This document shows, piece by piece, positions 1-12,016 of a stretch of 64,000 nucleotides of DNA. The notes under the pieces are model-generated. The model ran no database searches, had not been told where the DNA came from, and worked only from the letters and a program-made list of their open reading frames with translations. Position 1 is the first letter of the stretch. Every line of letters begins with the position of its first letter. The DNA is from Balanoglossus misakiensis (taxonomy: Eukaryota; Animalia; Hemichordata), in NCBI GenBank assembly GCA_040954595.2, contig CM082578.2, positions 6,743,519 to 6,807,518 of the forward strand, in the 5' to 3' direction. The position numbers and the translations under genes were made by a program.

Positions 1-1307
1 AACGACCTCTTGTCATCTAATGTCCTAGAGGGATCATTAAAATAGTGTAGCAGGGCATTTAAGATGTTTATTTTTATTTTGCAAAAGCTTTGAAGGGATG
101 GCTTAGCAGATAACAACCTCAAATTGGTATCTCTGATTGTATAGTAAAGATTCAGACAGGTGGAGTCATCTATCGTTCAGTACTACTATTGGACCAGTGC
201 ACATTTATGTTCCAAAGAGCAAAATGTTTTTAGAAATCACTTATCATACAACTGTGCACATTCAGAATTTTCTGTTTTTCATAAATTATGAGCACCAGGA
301 AGAGCACAGTATGTGTCTGTGTCTCTGCCTTTGTAAGTATGTATGGTATGTACATAAATATGTCTGTGTGTGTTACAAATAGTCCTACTTCCAAGTTTCA
401 TCATACCATGTATGAAACAATGTCATTATTTAAAGCGTAATGGCAAGAACTTCGCTGATGTATTTGACCTATAGGTGAACTCAGTAGGAATCCTATCTAT
501 GGCAGCTGATAAGAGCTAGTATAAGCATGTATTTGGTGCATATGATTTATATCAGTGTTTATGCAATAATTTTTAAAACAAATGTTTGTAAAATGAGTTA
601 TGCCAGCTAAAGTATCAGATAAATCACCAGATTACTGGTGATCTTGCTGAATGACTGGCTGTTTTGTTAGTCTTGTCACCACATGACAGCATGAAACGTT
701 ATTGGAATCAATGTAAATTTATTGTTATGATAACGCCACTTTGAAATAGGAACATAACCCTATTTATAATTATGATCATACAGATTTTGAGAAGTATATT
801 GAGTTTAATATTAATGATTAGCTCAATTTGCAATACAAGTGTATTCACCCTCCAGACATCTGTATTTATGGATACTTAACTGTGTGTGTGACTATGTTTG
901 TCAGTGTGTGCATAGATGAATAAAGAATAGGTACACTACAAGGCAGTATCATCAACTAGACAAAGTAGTTAAAACACAATGGTATTGCATATGGGTAGTC
1001 CCTATTCACTGTTTAGTGTTACTACAGAAATGAAATTCCCTTTGGGAAAAATGTCAGTGACTGAGACCACTTAGTGACTTTATTTATTTTTTTATAGTTG
1101 AATGTTTCTTGGACCTGGTAATTTGGGAGTTTTCCCTCAATATCATAGCTGCATGATTACAGTAAATGGGTTTCAATGAACCAAGTTGATTTTATGAAAA
1201 TATTTGATCACGAAAATTGAATTATTATCATACAAAAAACATGAGTTCCAACTGAGATGTTCTGTTTTGTTTGTCTTCTCTCAGCCGAAGCAAGTGATTT
1301 ACCAGCT

Positions 1308-4295
1308 ATGGAAACCCCAAAGAAGACAAAATACATACCCCACGCTTTAACCATAGACACCAACACTTCACACTTTGAGGAGCCGTCAACCACAATAAAG
1401 GAAGGTGCCAACACACGCGTGTCAGGTCTCTCACCAACATCGAGCAGTGAAGAGATGGAGGGTGGTGTCGGTCACAGCCAACCGTCGAATATGAACTGGC
1501 TAACAGAGTTAGCAATCATTGCAACAAGTCCACAAAGTCCTTTACTTCAGAAGACATCTCTTTCAAGGTAAGCTTCCAGTTCCACAGAGGGGAAACTTAT
1601 AATATCATTCTGTTCCATCACGTCCCTAAGCCTTGAAATTCTCTGATGGTGACTGCTCACTTCTTTCACCATTCAATCATTAGGGTATGCCCATATTACA
1701 TTGAATGGATTACCAGTCAGCCTCTTTTGATCTTTAACCCTTTCACCCCCAGATCCCTCTGTATAGTTCAAATCTTACCATAGAAAACAATGGGTCTGGA
1801 CTTAACCATGGTGGTGAAAGGGTTAAAATCGTATACTCTCCGCTGTTTATTAACGTAGAACAAATGCATTGTACTTAGGCCAGAATAATTATGTAAATTA
1901 TTGAACAATTTCTGTTGCCATTTCAGAAGTTCATCTTCCACTGTTGATAGATCTTTACACAGCTACGCAAAGCCTCCAAGATCGCCAAGTCCACCACCGG
2001 CTCTTATCGATCACTGTGAAGTCATCTACTCCTCATCATCAATACCCCCAAGCAATGAAGTGTTTGTGGAGGATGAGGCCAGGGTCACGTCATCATCACC
2101 ATTTCCAGCATCTCCGAAACTCAGTGAAAGTTCATGCGGCACTTGGTCCCATTCCTGGCCGACTGCTGTGTGGCAGTGTTTTCTAAAAGGTACTTTTCTC
2201 GGTAGATTTTCCAAACCTCAAAATATACCTCTGATGTTTTTCGAATTTGGCAAAAATTATAACAGCCTCTATCTATATGTCACTGCACCCCCTCATGGCC
2301 ATTAGCACTTTCACCCCTTGTTCTCTCTATAGAGGTCCAACCTTACTGTAGGTTTGGACTGAACTGGTGAAGGGGTTCAAACGATATGTCTAGCGGCTAG
2401 CCTAATTCACAGAATTCTGATATGTCTGATTTCTGTTTATATATTTCAAAAAGTAGTCATTCTGGCTGTTAATGACAACTTTTTTGACACACAGGTCTTT
2501 TCACTGAAACATTAGTGTATGATAAACTGCGTGAATCTGATTCTGATGCCTGTCCAATAAATTGTTCCTTCTCTCCAAACCCTGATGCCCACATTTCCTT
2601 TCTTCTAAATTCCCAGGAACAAAAGTCCATTTCACATCGGGGCCAAAGACTGACTGGCGATTGGCTGAAGACATCGGCAACAACGAACTGTTGGCGGCCC
2701 AAGCCAATCAGCAGCAAGACAGTGAGGGCAGAGGTCAGTCTTCAACCTCAGGGTATGCACCAAATGGCTTGCGCGTCATCAAGATCGAGGAGCCTGAAAC
2801 AGAGTCTAAGAAGGACAGTGTACTCACGCTTGCACTGACTCCAGATTTACTTGATCAGCCCAACCTTATAGCAGAGTGCGAGCTGGAACATCCATTCTAC
2901 GTAAAAGATAAAGGTAAGGTTGAAACTTTAATAGTAGGGAATTATTTTTGCTCGCTTCATAAAAAATCAAAGGATCTCTCAGAACGTTCTCATATAAGGT
3001 TATCTGTTTATTCAAAATACTGGCATCTGACAGAGTGTACAAAACTTAAGTCTTAAACGCTTACTTGACACTATTTGTGTTATTTTCCTTCTCTAGGCTG
3101 GTCATCTTACAACCCGTCTTTGACAGTGGAGAAGTACGGCATTCCATGCTGTGAGTTGGAATGTGGTGATGTGTGTCTGGCGCCCTCACACCCTGAAGCT
3201 ATTAGTTTTCTAGACACTGAAGTCTTTGAAAGCTTTAAAAGGTAATCAATCGCATGGTTACATAGTTTTCCAAATCACTCAAAGGGGACAAAAGGAAGAA
3301 CAAAGTCTTTATTACCATTCCATTCCCTTGTACCCCAATACGCGTACACATTGACTTTGATATACCATTGTTGCAAAAGAAAAAAAAATCAGTATCTCTC
3401 TACATTCCTAACACAGTCATGCAATTATTACATTGACAGCTTTGACTTCACTCCAATGGACTCATCAGCTGTCCTGGCGCTCAGTAGCATGGCTAGACAC
3501 AGGAGAGATTTGGAGACAAGTCCCAAATCGCCTACCAAGTCTGGTGCCCCAGTTTCGCCCAACAGACAGAAGAAGTACAAGGCGGAGCCAAGCCGTGGCA
3601 AGAGACCCATGAATGCTTTTATGCTCTTTGCTAAGAAGTTTAGATTGGAGTATACACAGTTGTACCCAGGGAAGGACAACAGGTGAGATTTTGCCTTGGC
3701 ACTCAACATACAGATCTTGATTTACTTGCATTCTGAAAAATAAACACTAGCACACTTTAGAGGGCGCTCTTGATGTACTGACTGAATCACTGTTTTGCAC
3801 GTGGCAGGGCAATCAGCGTCATACTTGGCGATCGCTGGAAGAAAATGAAAGTGGAAGAACGGAGGGTGTATGCTCAGGAAGCCAAACTGCTTGCCGAAGA
3901 ACACAAAAAGATACACCCAGATTGCTGGAAGAGGAAAAGATCCAGCTCCACGGTGAGTATGCAAGGAATTCTTGTCAACTGTAATGAGTTTCATTTTCAG
4001 CAATCATGCTCTCTGCATGCTAGCTTTTGTTTCATGAATTCTGGGTGTCGTTAATGCCCCGGGTGAAATTGGATGGGATACCTATGTTGATGAGTCTGTT
4101 TCGGTTTTCCTTGCCGTGTTGGTATTTCAGTGCTCTTTCCAGAACAATTACTTTATTTTGGGGGAAAACAATAGAAACTCATTATCATAACAATTAACCA
4201 TATTATTATGCAAATTAGCCAATACTGTATCCGAAATGATTGTATTCCTTTGACCAACCTCTTCTGCATTCTCTTTCACATTTCAGTCACTTTGA
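1308..4295 (+). CDS. HBP1: HMG box-containing protein 1 (AXH domain + Sin3-interaction motif + HMG box); possibly 5'-partial
   Basis: Exons 1285(ATG 1308)-1567, 1927-2189, 2617-2913, 3097-3241, 3440-3682, 3808-3952 and 4287-4295 all have GT-AG ends and stay in frame (1362 nt, 453 aa from ATG 1308). HBP1 hallmarks: WLTELAIIATSPQSPLLQ, SLHSYAKPP, AXH domain (WPTAVWQCFLKG...EHPFYVKDKGWSSYNPSLTVEKYGIPCCELECGDVCL), Sin3-binding-like DFTPMDSSAVLALSSMAR, and HMG box KRPMNAFMLFAKKFRLEYTQLYPGKDNRAISVILGDRWKKM. The frame is open to the 1285 acceptor, so upstream coding exons may exist. The last 9-nt exon (SL*) is the least certain. Confidence 0.93.
1734..1826. mobile_element. ~90-bp piggyBac-like MITE (family A, copy 1)
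   Basis: TTAA-CCCTTTCACC ... GGTGAAAGGG-TTAA terminal inverted repeats with TTAA on both sides; the interior is shared with other copies in the window. Confidence 0.75.
2302..2380. mobile_element. Family A MITE, degenerate copy 2
   Basis: ctttcacccc...agaggtccaaccttac...tttggactgaactggtgaaggggtt aligns with copy 1. Confidence 0.6.
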
Positions 4296-5264
4296 CACCA
4301 GAGAAATAGCCAAGGCTCAACAACCACCACCACCATCACTCCATAACACCCACAGTGATCCTGGGACGTGGTTTATAGAGCCCTGAATGGCCAGGGCCCA
4401 ATTTACCTGATAAGGTGCTGATCACCAAAGTTGTATTGATGTATTATGTTATTTTGTACAAAGATAAGGACTGTATATTGTAAATAGAAACCTACAGGGT
4501 CCGGCACCATGATGTCATAACCCTTTTGAAAAACAGTGTTGCAAAATACAGTGTAAAATATTTATTGATACAGTACTATATTTTACTTTGCAACATCTAT
4601 TTGTATAAAATAATAATAATTATACTGTGTGCCTTGAATAATATGAGTACAGTTTTAAATACTAATATTGTTTTTTTGGAAAGTTTGTAAAATTTGAATT
4701 GTATATTATAAATTCTGGCTGCGTGAAACAAATGCTTTTAACATATAAAACTTATCTATGCAGGTGTTTTTATTTTAATTGGTCGTTGTCGTGGTCTGTT
4801 TTTATCCCTGCATCTTGTCAACCCATGAATCTTGGTATTGGTGGATCTCAAAATATCTGTTGTCAAATGAATTTTGTTTGAAAAGAAGTCATTCACTTCC
4901 TTGCGTTTTTCTCCTTCATCTTGAAAACAAGATTAGAGCATCGTTTCTGTCTTAGCAACTAAATCCTTATGCTATTCTGTGCAGTATAGTAGGCAATTAG
5001 CTTGACAAAGCTAGGAGTTTGTTCTGAAAGTACATATCATTTTATGTATTAAAAGTCGGTGTTGTTTGATTCTGGAAGCATGTTAATTCAAGAGATGAGC
5101 ATCAGAAACACTGTGGGAAAGCAGTGATTCTTGAAGCCCTCCACTGAAACCAAATTCCAAGGTTTTTAAATTGACTTGTCATCAAAGTCCCCCCCCCCTC
5201 CCCCATTCCTATGACGTCAGCAGTCAGTGACTGTTTGAAGGATTCGTTATTTGACCCATAGTAC

Positions 5265-5445
5265 CTGTGGTTCCATAGCTTTACTGGGTCATTTTGGCAG
5301 TTTCTTTGCTCCAGACCTTTAAATGTGTTGATTTAGCATGTCAAGGATATTTCCAGCACTAAAAGTCTTGCCAATAGCAAGATCAGCACATGAAAAGGAC
5401 ATCTAAAGCTGCCAAAATGATACCAGTGGAGCTATGGACCCACAG
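5265..5445 (+). repeat. ~180-bp imperfect inverted repeat (fold-back) in the putative HBP1 3'UTR
   Basis: ctgtggttccatagctttactgggtcattttggcagttt is the near reverse complement of aagctgccaaaatgataccagtggagctatggacccacag; inner arms atgtgttgatt / gatcagcacat. Confidence 0.75.
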
Positions 5446-7237
5446 CAGACTCATAAGTGGTCTTTTAGTCTTATAGTTGTAGAATTTATGTTTTACAAAA
5501 TCATGTGTGTTGTGATTTTCTACAAAATCTGTGCATTCGTTACAAACTGCAAGTACTTGTTAAATCATTTTAGATCGAAAGCTTTGTGTACAGTGTAAAT
5601 ATAAAATAGTTCTACATTAGAACAGTGATTTTATAGATGTTGTGCACTTTATATGATAGTGAATGTTTTCATTTTAGTCAGAGCAGTGAAATTTTATGGT
5701 TTCAAGCTAATACCGTGACACAGGCCACCACGTCAATCCACACCTGTATTTTGTCTGGGGTTTATTTTGCTGTTGTTTGTTTGTTTGTTTGTTTGTTGTT
5801 CTTGCTTGTCTTCTGGAGAGAAGTTAGCTTTGCCAAAATTTGATCAGAATCAGCATGTATTTTCTCAAGTGTTTCACCAGCCAGCATTGAGAATGTGTAG
5901 TGTACGCAGTGTGATACAAAGAGCCACTTCACTGTCATGGTTCATGCTTTGTTTTATTGTTATGATGTCGCTGCTTGCAAACCTAGGAGTTGAAACTCAT
6001 GCACAACAAAATCAAGCCGCTATCTAGCAAGAAAATATTTCCCAAAAGTTACATGTTGCAGCTAGCTATGTTATTTTTTAAAACGCTACATTTGTGTTTG
6101 CCATAGTTGGGCTTGTCTGAATGTCACTGACTGTGAATGCTTTAGCTGTTACAATACAACACATCCTATTTCTAAACAGATCCAAAATTCTGAAATAAGC
6201 AAATGATTTTTAATATCTCTCTATTCTTATATGAAGTTTGTGATTTTTAAAACGAAATGAAACTACATATCCGGCTTTTCTTTATAAATACTGTATAAAA
6301 ATGTGTAGTGATAGTGGTGTAGTCTTGATAGGATGTATTGATCATGTTTCATTCTAGAAATTGCAAGAATCAATGTAAATACAGTTACAGTTTACAGTTT
6401 ACCTGCGAAATTCCGTGCATTCCTGTTTAATTATTATGAATGCCCATCTGGCTGGTGTCTGCTCACACCAGCTCAGATTGATTCAACAGTCTTCCAACTT
6501 CCCAAGATATTCAGTACCAAATATACAGAAGCATCCTAAATTGTTGCTTGTAACCAGCAGAATCTTCAACAACCTCCGACTTGGAAAAAAACCAAGAACA
6601 AAGCTTGGTTCTATAATTTTTCAACTTAGAAAATAATCACAGCTTGATTTTATAAAATAAATCAATTCTCCTAAACAGTCGAAGTCGTATAAAAGTGAGA
6701 TGAGAATCTGTATACAGAGATAATCTCTGTAATAAGTTCGTTAAACTAGAACATTAAGAAAAGAGTTTGTTGTATAAGGCATGGGTGTATGGTATCTGGC
6801 TGCTTCATAAAATTCTTTGGCACTGGAAGGAGACTTGTTCAATATCAAAATCGCAACATGCAATATTGCACATCCAATTCATATGCAGGCAGTCAGCGTT
6901 TAATTCCTAACATCTTTTGACCTCTGTCACCATTGTGACAAATGCTGGTATTAAACTTGCCCCAGAATCCAGGTGCTAATTTTTTTCAAGAAATGCTTTA
7001 AAAGGGTTTGAATAAGGATTACAAATATTCTATGCAAATTCAGTCTCTTTTTCTAGCTCTGCAAGATAATTGTGTGAAATTAAATCATGTTTTCTTTTAA
7101 CAAGTTTCTAAGCAGTATTCCACCTTGGATTGTTGAATTTGTTGTTTGGTACAGTATTTATTTGTTAACAGTTTCCCCGACTGCTGTGAATATTTTATCA
7201 ATGTGCCATGCAATGGTACTTGTGTGATTTGCCATGT

Positions 7238-7243
7238 AATAAA
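7238..7243 (+). terminator. Candidate HBP1 polyadenylation signal
   Basis: AATAAA preceded by TGTA and followed by a GT/T-rich tract; ends a ~3-kb AT-rich, TGTA-rich 3'UTR-like region. Confidence 0.45.
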
Positions 7244-7402
7244 TACGAGGGTGGTCTTTAAATTATATATGTTGTGAGTTTACATTTATATTGAATGATA
7301 GATGGTTTTAAATATGTGCGTGTGTGTGTGTGTGTATTACCATAAAAAAGTAGAAGGGAGATTGAACAGAAATCAAAGCGATCTCAGAGTCCATACTTAT
7401 TG

Positions 7403-7408
7403 TTTATT
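7403..7408 (-). terminator. Candidate NFYB polyadenylation signal
   Basis: TTTATT on + (AATAAA on -), about 1.56 kb downstream of the NFYB stop codon. Confidence 0.4.
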
Positions 7409-7489
7409 GCCATGAAATCAAAGCCAATGAAGACTGAATACAATCGTCAAAATTATGCTAATGAATTCACATTCTGCCAAAAGTAGGCT

Positions 7490-7553
7490 TGTATGTATGT
7501 ATGTGTGTGTGTGTATGTATGTGTGTGTGTATGTATGGATGTATGTATGTATA
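7490..7553. repeat. (GTAT)n/(GT)n compound microsatellite
   Basis: gtatgtatgtatgtgtgtgtgtgtatgtatgtgtgtgtgtatgtatgg...; a (GT)n run also lies at ~7314-7335. Confidence 0.85.
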
Positions 7554-8024
7554 CGTCACTCCAAACAGGTGGCTGTGATAGATACACGACAAGCAGAAAT
7601 CCCGCTCAAGATTTCAATAAAACAACACAAATTGCAAAATTTCAAACTATTTTTTTTTATTCAAAGCAGAAAACTACGTAGCAGTTCTTAGTAATAAATA
7701 CATCCCACTTTTAACAAGTGATTTCACAAAAACATTACAACTATCATCAATGGTATCCGAATAAAGCTCTGCACAAAGCCGTTCTATGACTTCAATATAA
7801 ACTATTGCTTAAAATTAATTTGTTTGTCAGGCTATGAATGTTGGTAGTGCCCTTACAGGGTTATTGCAGGATATTTGATGTTTAAGTAATCAAATCATTG
7901 AAATATTTGACTTGTGGCATAAAAAAACTTGTCAACAAGAAGTGGAAAGTGTCAAAACTGAAACAACTAACAAGTAGGCAGAGGAGTGGAAAAAGTTTTG
8001 GTTGAGACAGGTTTTACTAAATTT

Positions 8025-8123
8025 TTAACCCTTTCACCCCACCCCACCCCAACTGGGACAGAGGTCCAACTTTACTATAGAAACCACTGGATTTGGACCA
8101 AACCATAGTGGTGAAGGGGTTGA
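8025..8123. mobile_element. Family A MITE, copy 3
   Basis: ttaaccctttcacccc...gaggtccaactttactatagaaacc...tttggaccaaaccatagtggtgaaggggttga. Confidence 0.7.
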
Positions 8124-8967
8124 AGTTTGGGTTGGAGATTCTCAATATGAGATTTGGCAGAATAACCATTTATTCCCACTTGCAAGGAAATAGGACTTAT
8201 ATCACATCAAAATGAGACACAAAGCTTCATCTTATTATGGTCACTATGTCTGACGTCAAAAATGCATCTTTCCAACTGTGATAGAGACAGGCTATCATAT
8301 AAAGCAACTTTATCACTTAATACTGACATCCAATTCACCTACAATAAAAATGGCCTAAGATATAATTGTTTTCTGCAAATTCCTTGAAGTATCATTATTA
8401 TGTCATTGTATAAAAAAAAAATGTACGATTGAGCCCAATATGGGGGGTATGCTCCAAGGATGTGTGGCCGTGACTTTAATATTCCAGTTACACAGTATAG
8501 AGTAAGACTATCAAATCAACAACCCAAACAGTCAACAAAATAACATACAGGAGACTACAAGTTAATCACAGACAGGACGTAGAACGATTTTTTTCAAAAA
8601 TACATTTCCAGTGTTCATAGATGAACAGTAAGTAAAGATCTCATGACAAATTTAATTTAGCCATTTTCATAATGTCTTCATCTCAATTATGTACTGGGGG
8701 GGGGGGGCCATAAAAAAAGCACTGATTGACATCAAATGTTATTCATTCCATTTTAAATTTGTTTGATGGTGATTAAATTTGCATATTATTGACACATTTC
8801 AAATGTACGGTGACATACATTTTTAACTACAGATCTTCCACATGGGGGTGGGGAATGGGGGGGGGGGGTACCATAATGGAATGAATACGGTATGTTACCA
8901 TCGTCAATGACAATATAGAAATAAAATATGACGGATCTTCACATACACAAAGAAATGTTTCCCTTCC

Positions 8968-11518
8968 TCAGGTGAACTGAAGTGACTGTCCAATCTGGGT
9001 GGGAAAAAAACATAAAGGGTTTGGGTTATTATTCAGGTTTTTTTTGTATAATCAGATGAATTTGTCACAGAGACATTTACAGGTATACAGTCACCTCCAA
9101 TTTACATACGCCCATATATGGCTGAAATGGCGTATTTGAGTGTTCTAAAGAACATATGGTGGTGCTCTTTTTTTCATGTGTGCCGCCCACTGAAAAGCTA
9201 TGATTAGCTAAGTGGCAGTTTTACCATGGTAACTGAAGCTATATTTGCATAGGTGATTGTATACCTTTAATTTTATATGAACTATATTCATCAAAAGGTT
9301 TGTTTTCCACAACATCACCATCTGTAGTGGCTGTGTCAATGATTCATTACTTGAACTCACAGATTGAGATTGGAGAATTATCTGTTCTACAACATCATAC
9401 AATTTGTACCTCAGAACTAACTTACCGGACCCTGATATGTAGTTGCATAGGTGATTCCCTGCTGAGCTGCCTGTGGGTCGATCAGATTTGTTGCTGCTAA
9501 GGTGTGCGCTGCTGCAAAGACAAAAACAATGCAATGAAATTGAAATCTAATTCAAGAAATGAATCACATGGGCAGTTGGGTCAACTTTAGACGTGGAAAA
9601 ATCTACTCATTTTCTTCTATTCATTGACGTCATTGACACACATCAAAAAGCATCAGAAATGCCAGAACTCAGTCCAGTACATCAACGGAACAGAGGCATC
9701 CACACATTACACTTTAAGCTCTGAAATATCTCACAACTTCTGCATCATCAATCAGATTCACACCAATAACCTGTTTGCAGACGCTCCTGACAAGCTCTGT
9801 AACATCACAAATATAATTTACTTTACTGCGAAATTAGGTGCATACATCAATACTTACAGAACTGATCTTCTTCTAACTCGTCTGGCAGTCGTTCAGTTCC
9901 ACTCGTGCCTAATGATTTCTCTCCCTTCATGGACTGACCAACAAGAGACAAAGACACTTCATTATTTCTGACATAGTTTACCACTTTGCAATCATATAAC
10001 AAGTAGCACTGCTGATAGACTATCTAACGCTACGATTGAGAGGGTGTACATCAGAGCCTATGGCAAGCCCAAAAAAGACAAGTTATTTTGTCTTTTCCAA
10101 CCATCTACTTTTTTCCCAGGAACACTCCCACCTATTTCACTATCTCTTTACCACTGGCTTTTGTGAATTTTCACTGACGACTTATATGCTTAGCTACCCC
10201 CCCCCCCCCCCCCCCCCAGCAAGACACAATAGTTCTCACCTCTCTGTATTTTTGAAGGTACATTTTCAGGGGTTCAACGTAATTGTCGAAACCCAACGTG
10301 GACATCGCAAACAGAATGTCTTCTCCGTTGATCGTCTTCCTCTTCTCTTGGTGACAACGCTCGCTGGCTCTGAGGAGAGTCTGGGTTAAGGTTCAAGTAC
10401 TATGAAAATTATGCAGCTTTGATTGGGCATTGTGAACCACTGAAACGTGTGATGAGAAGCTTAGCACCTTGGGAAATAAGAAGACGGAGACCTGATGGTA
10501 AATTGTACTGAAACTGGATACAGTGTACCGTACTTCTAAGTTCTTATACCAGTGAGACACAAGTGTTAACAACCAGTGTGCTCTCAAACAAACATAATTT
10601 TTTTACAAACTTTGAGTAAATTTGAAATTTAAATTTGTAGTGAATTCAAATGACAGACAACTTGTCACCAATGTCTTTTATATACATTTGCAGCTCCAGA
10701 GCCAACCGACAGACAATCATGAAATGACACCAATGCAACCAATAGATAGCAATAGCAGCCAATAAACAGCATGGCAAGATTTGAAAGGATACTCGCTGGT
10801 TATGAAACTGATAAACTCCGAGACACACTCTTGCACACATTCTTTGGCGTCCTTGGCAATCTGAAATCAAAGATGAATTCGTTGAAAAGTGTAATCAGCA
10901 AGATTTTCAGGAAGATTTAATGATTATGTCCTACCCACTTCATAGTACAAAGTACATTCTACCTTAAAAATAAATGAATACACACATCCACATTAGTAGC
11001 CATAGTATCCCTAACTTTAAAAACTTACAGAAAACAAAGTTTTGCAATATATACAATCATTATGAATTTCCAGGAAAGACAATGATAGACAGCTTCATCT
11101 TAATTTATCCAGATGAAACTATCTCAAGCTTGCTGGTATACCTTGCCAGTTTTCGGGATGGACTTTTTCATAATTCTGTTGACATTGGCAATGGGGAGAA
11201 ATCTATCTTGTTCCCTCAAAGGAGAGCTGCCTCCTTTCTCTATATCGTCGCCTTCAGCGCCAGCACTGTGTATACTTTCATCACCAGCATTACCCCCTGC
11301 AAGAGATGCATAGAGAAAAAAAATTGTCACCATCCTATCTATATGTCAAATTTGTATATTTCACATGTAAATATTTCATAATAACAATAAAAAATATTTA
11401 AAAAACAACAACAAATCTGTGACATACCATCAGGATTTGATTGTACGTATAAATTGTAATCATTTGATATTCCAAGACCAGCTGCATCGCCATGATCTGC
11501 GCCTTCTATAACAGCCAT
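8968..11518 (-). CDS. NFYB: Nuclear transcription factor Y subunit beta (histone-fold CCAAT-binding factor subunit)
   Basis: Minus-strand exons 11518-11428, 11296-11142, 10860-10793, 10369-10240, 9933-9858, 9511-9426 and 8994-8968 join in frame (633 nt, 210 aa). Protein: [21 protein letters not shown]...[98 protein letters not shown]...IGQSLQFT*. The core is essentially the canonical NF-YB core. Confidence 0.96.
10370..10792 (-). other. U12-type (minor spliceosome) GT-AG intron in NFYB
   Basis: 5' splice site GTATCCTTTC (10792-10783) matches RTATCCTTT. Branch point CCTTAAC (10391-10385) lies ~17 nt before the AG, with only a short pyrimidine stretch. Confidence 0.88.
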
Positions 11519-11778
11519 GCTGTAACATTAACAATAATAACAATGATTATTTATACAAACGGCAGTTTATTTAGGTTTTCTAGACTGGGAACAGGTAAGG
11601 CTTACATTTGCCCACTCTTTGTTAACTCTCCCAATCACTCAAAAGCCATGATTACCATCACGGTCGTTCAATAAGGAATTTTCAGATTGTGCATCAGAGG
11701 ATGTACTTCACAGTTCTTTCAAAATGTTTGTCCTAACTTAAACATCAGACATCTGAACTGGTTTTAGAAATGAAAGTT

Positions 11779-12016
11779 TTAATTGTCCACTATCGGTAAC
11801 TTTTGGCTATTTTTTTCAGCATTTTTATTTTGTGTATCAACCATGGTTTCTTGTTCAGCTCTCTGAGTAGTTTTCACCATATCAAATGCATTTGTCAACA
11901 ATAACAATCAACAATTCATACACACTACTTGTTGACAAGCAGTACAATTGGTGTGTTGGGATACTGGACGAAAATATTGAAAAAATAGCCAGAAGTGACA
12001 GATAGTGGCCCTTTAA
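11779..12016. mobile_element. Kolobok/T2-like MITE (family B) upstream of the first NFYB coding exon
   Basis: Inverted ends ccactatcggtaacttttggctatttttttcagcattttt / aaaatattgaaaaaatagccagaagtgacagatagtgg; terminates in ccctTTAA; related copy at ~58129-58448. Confidence 0.6.
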
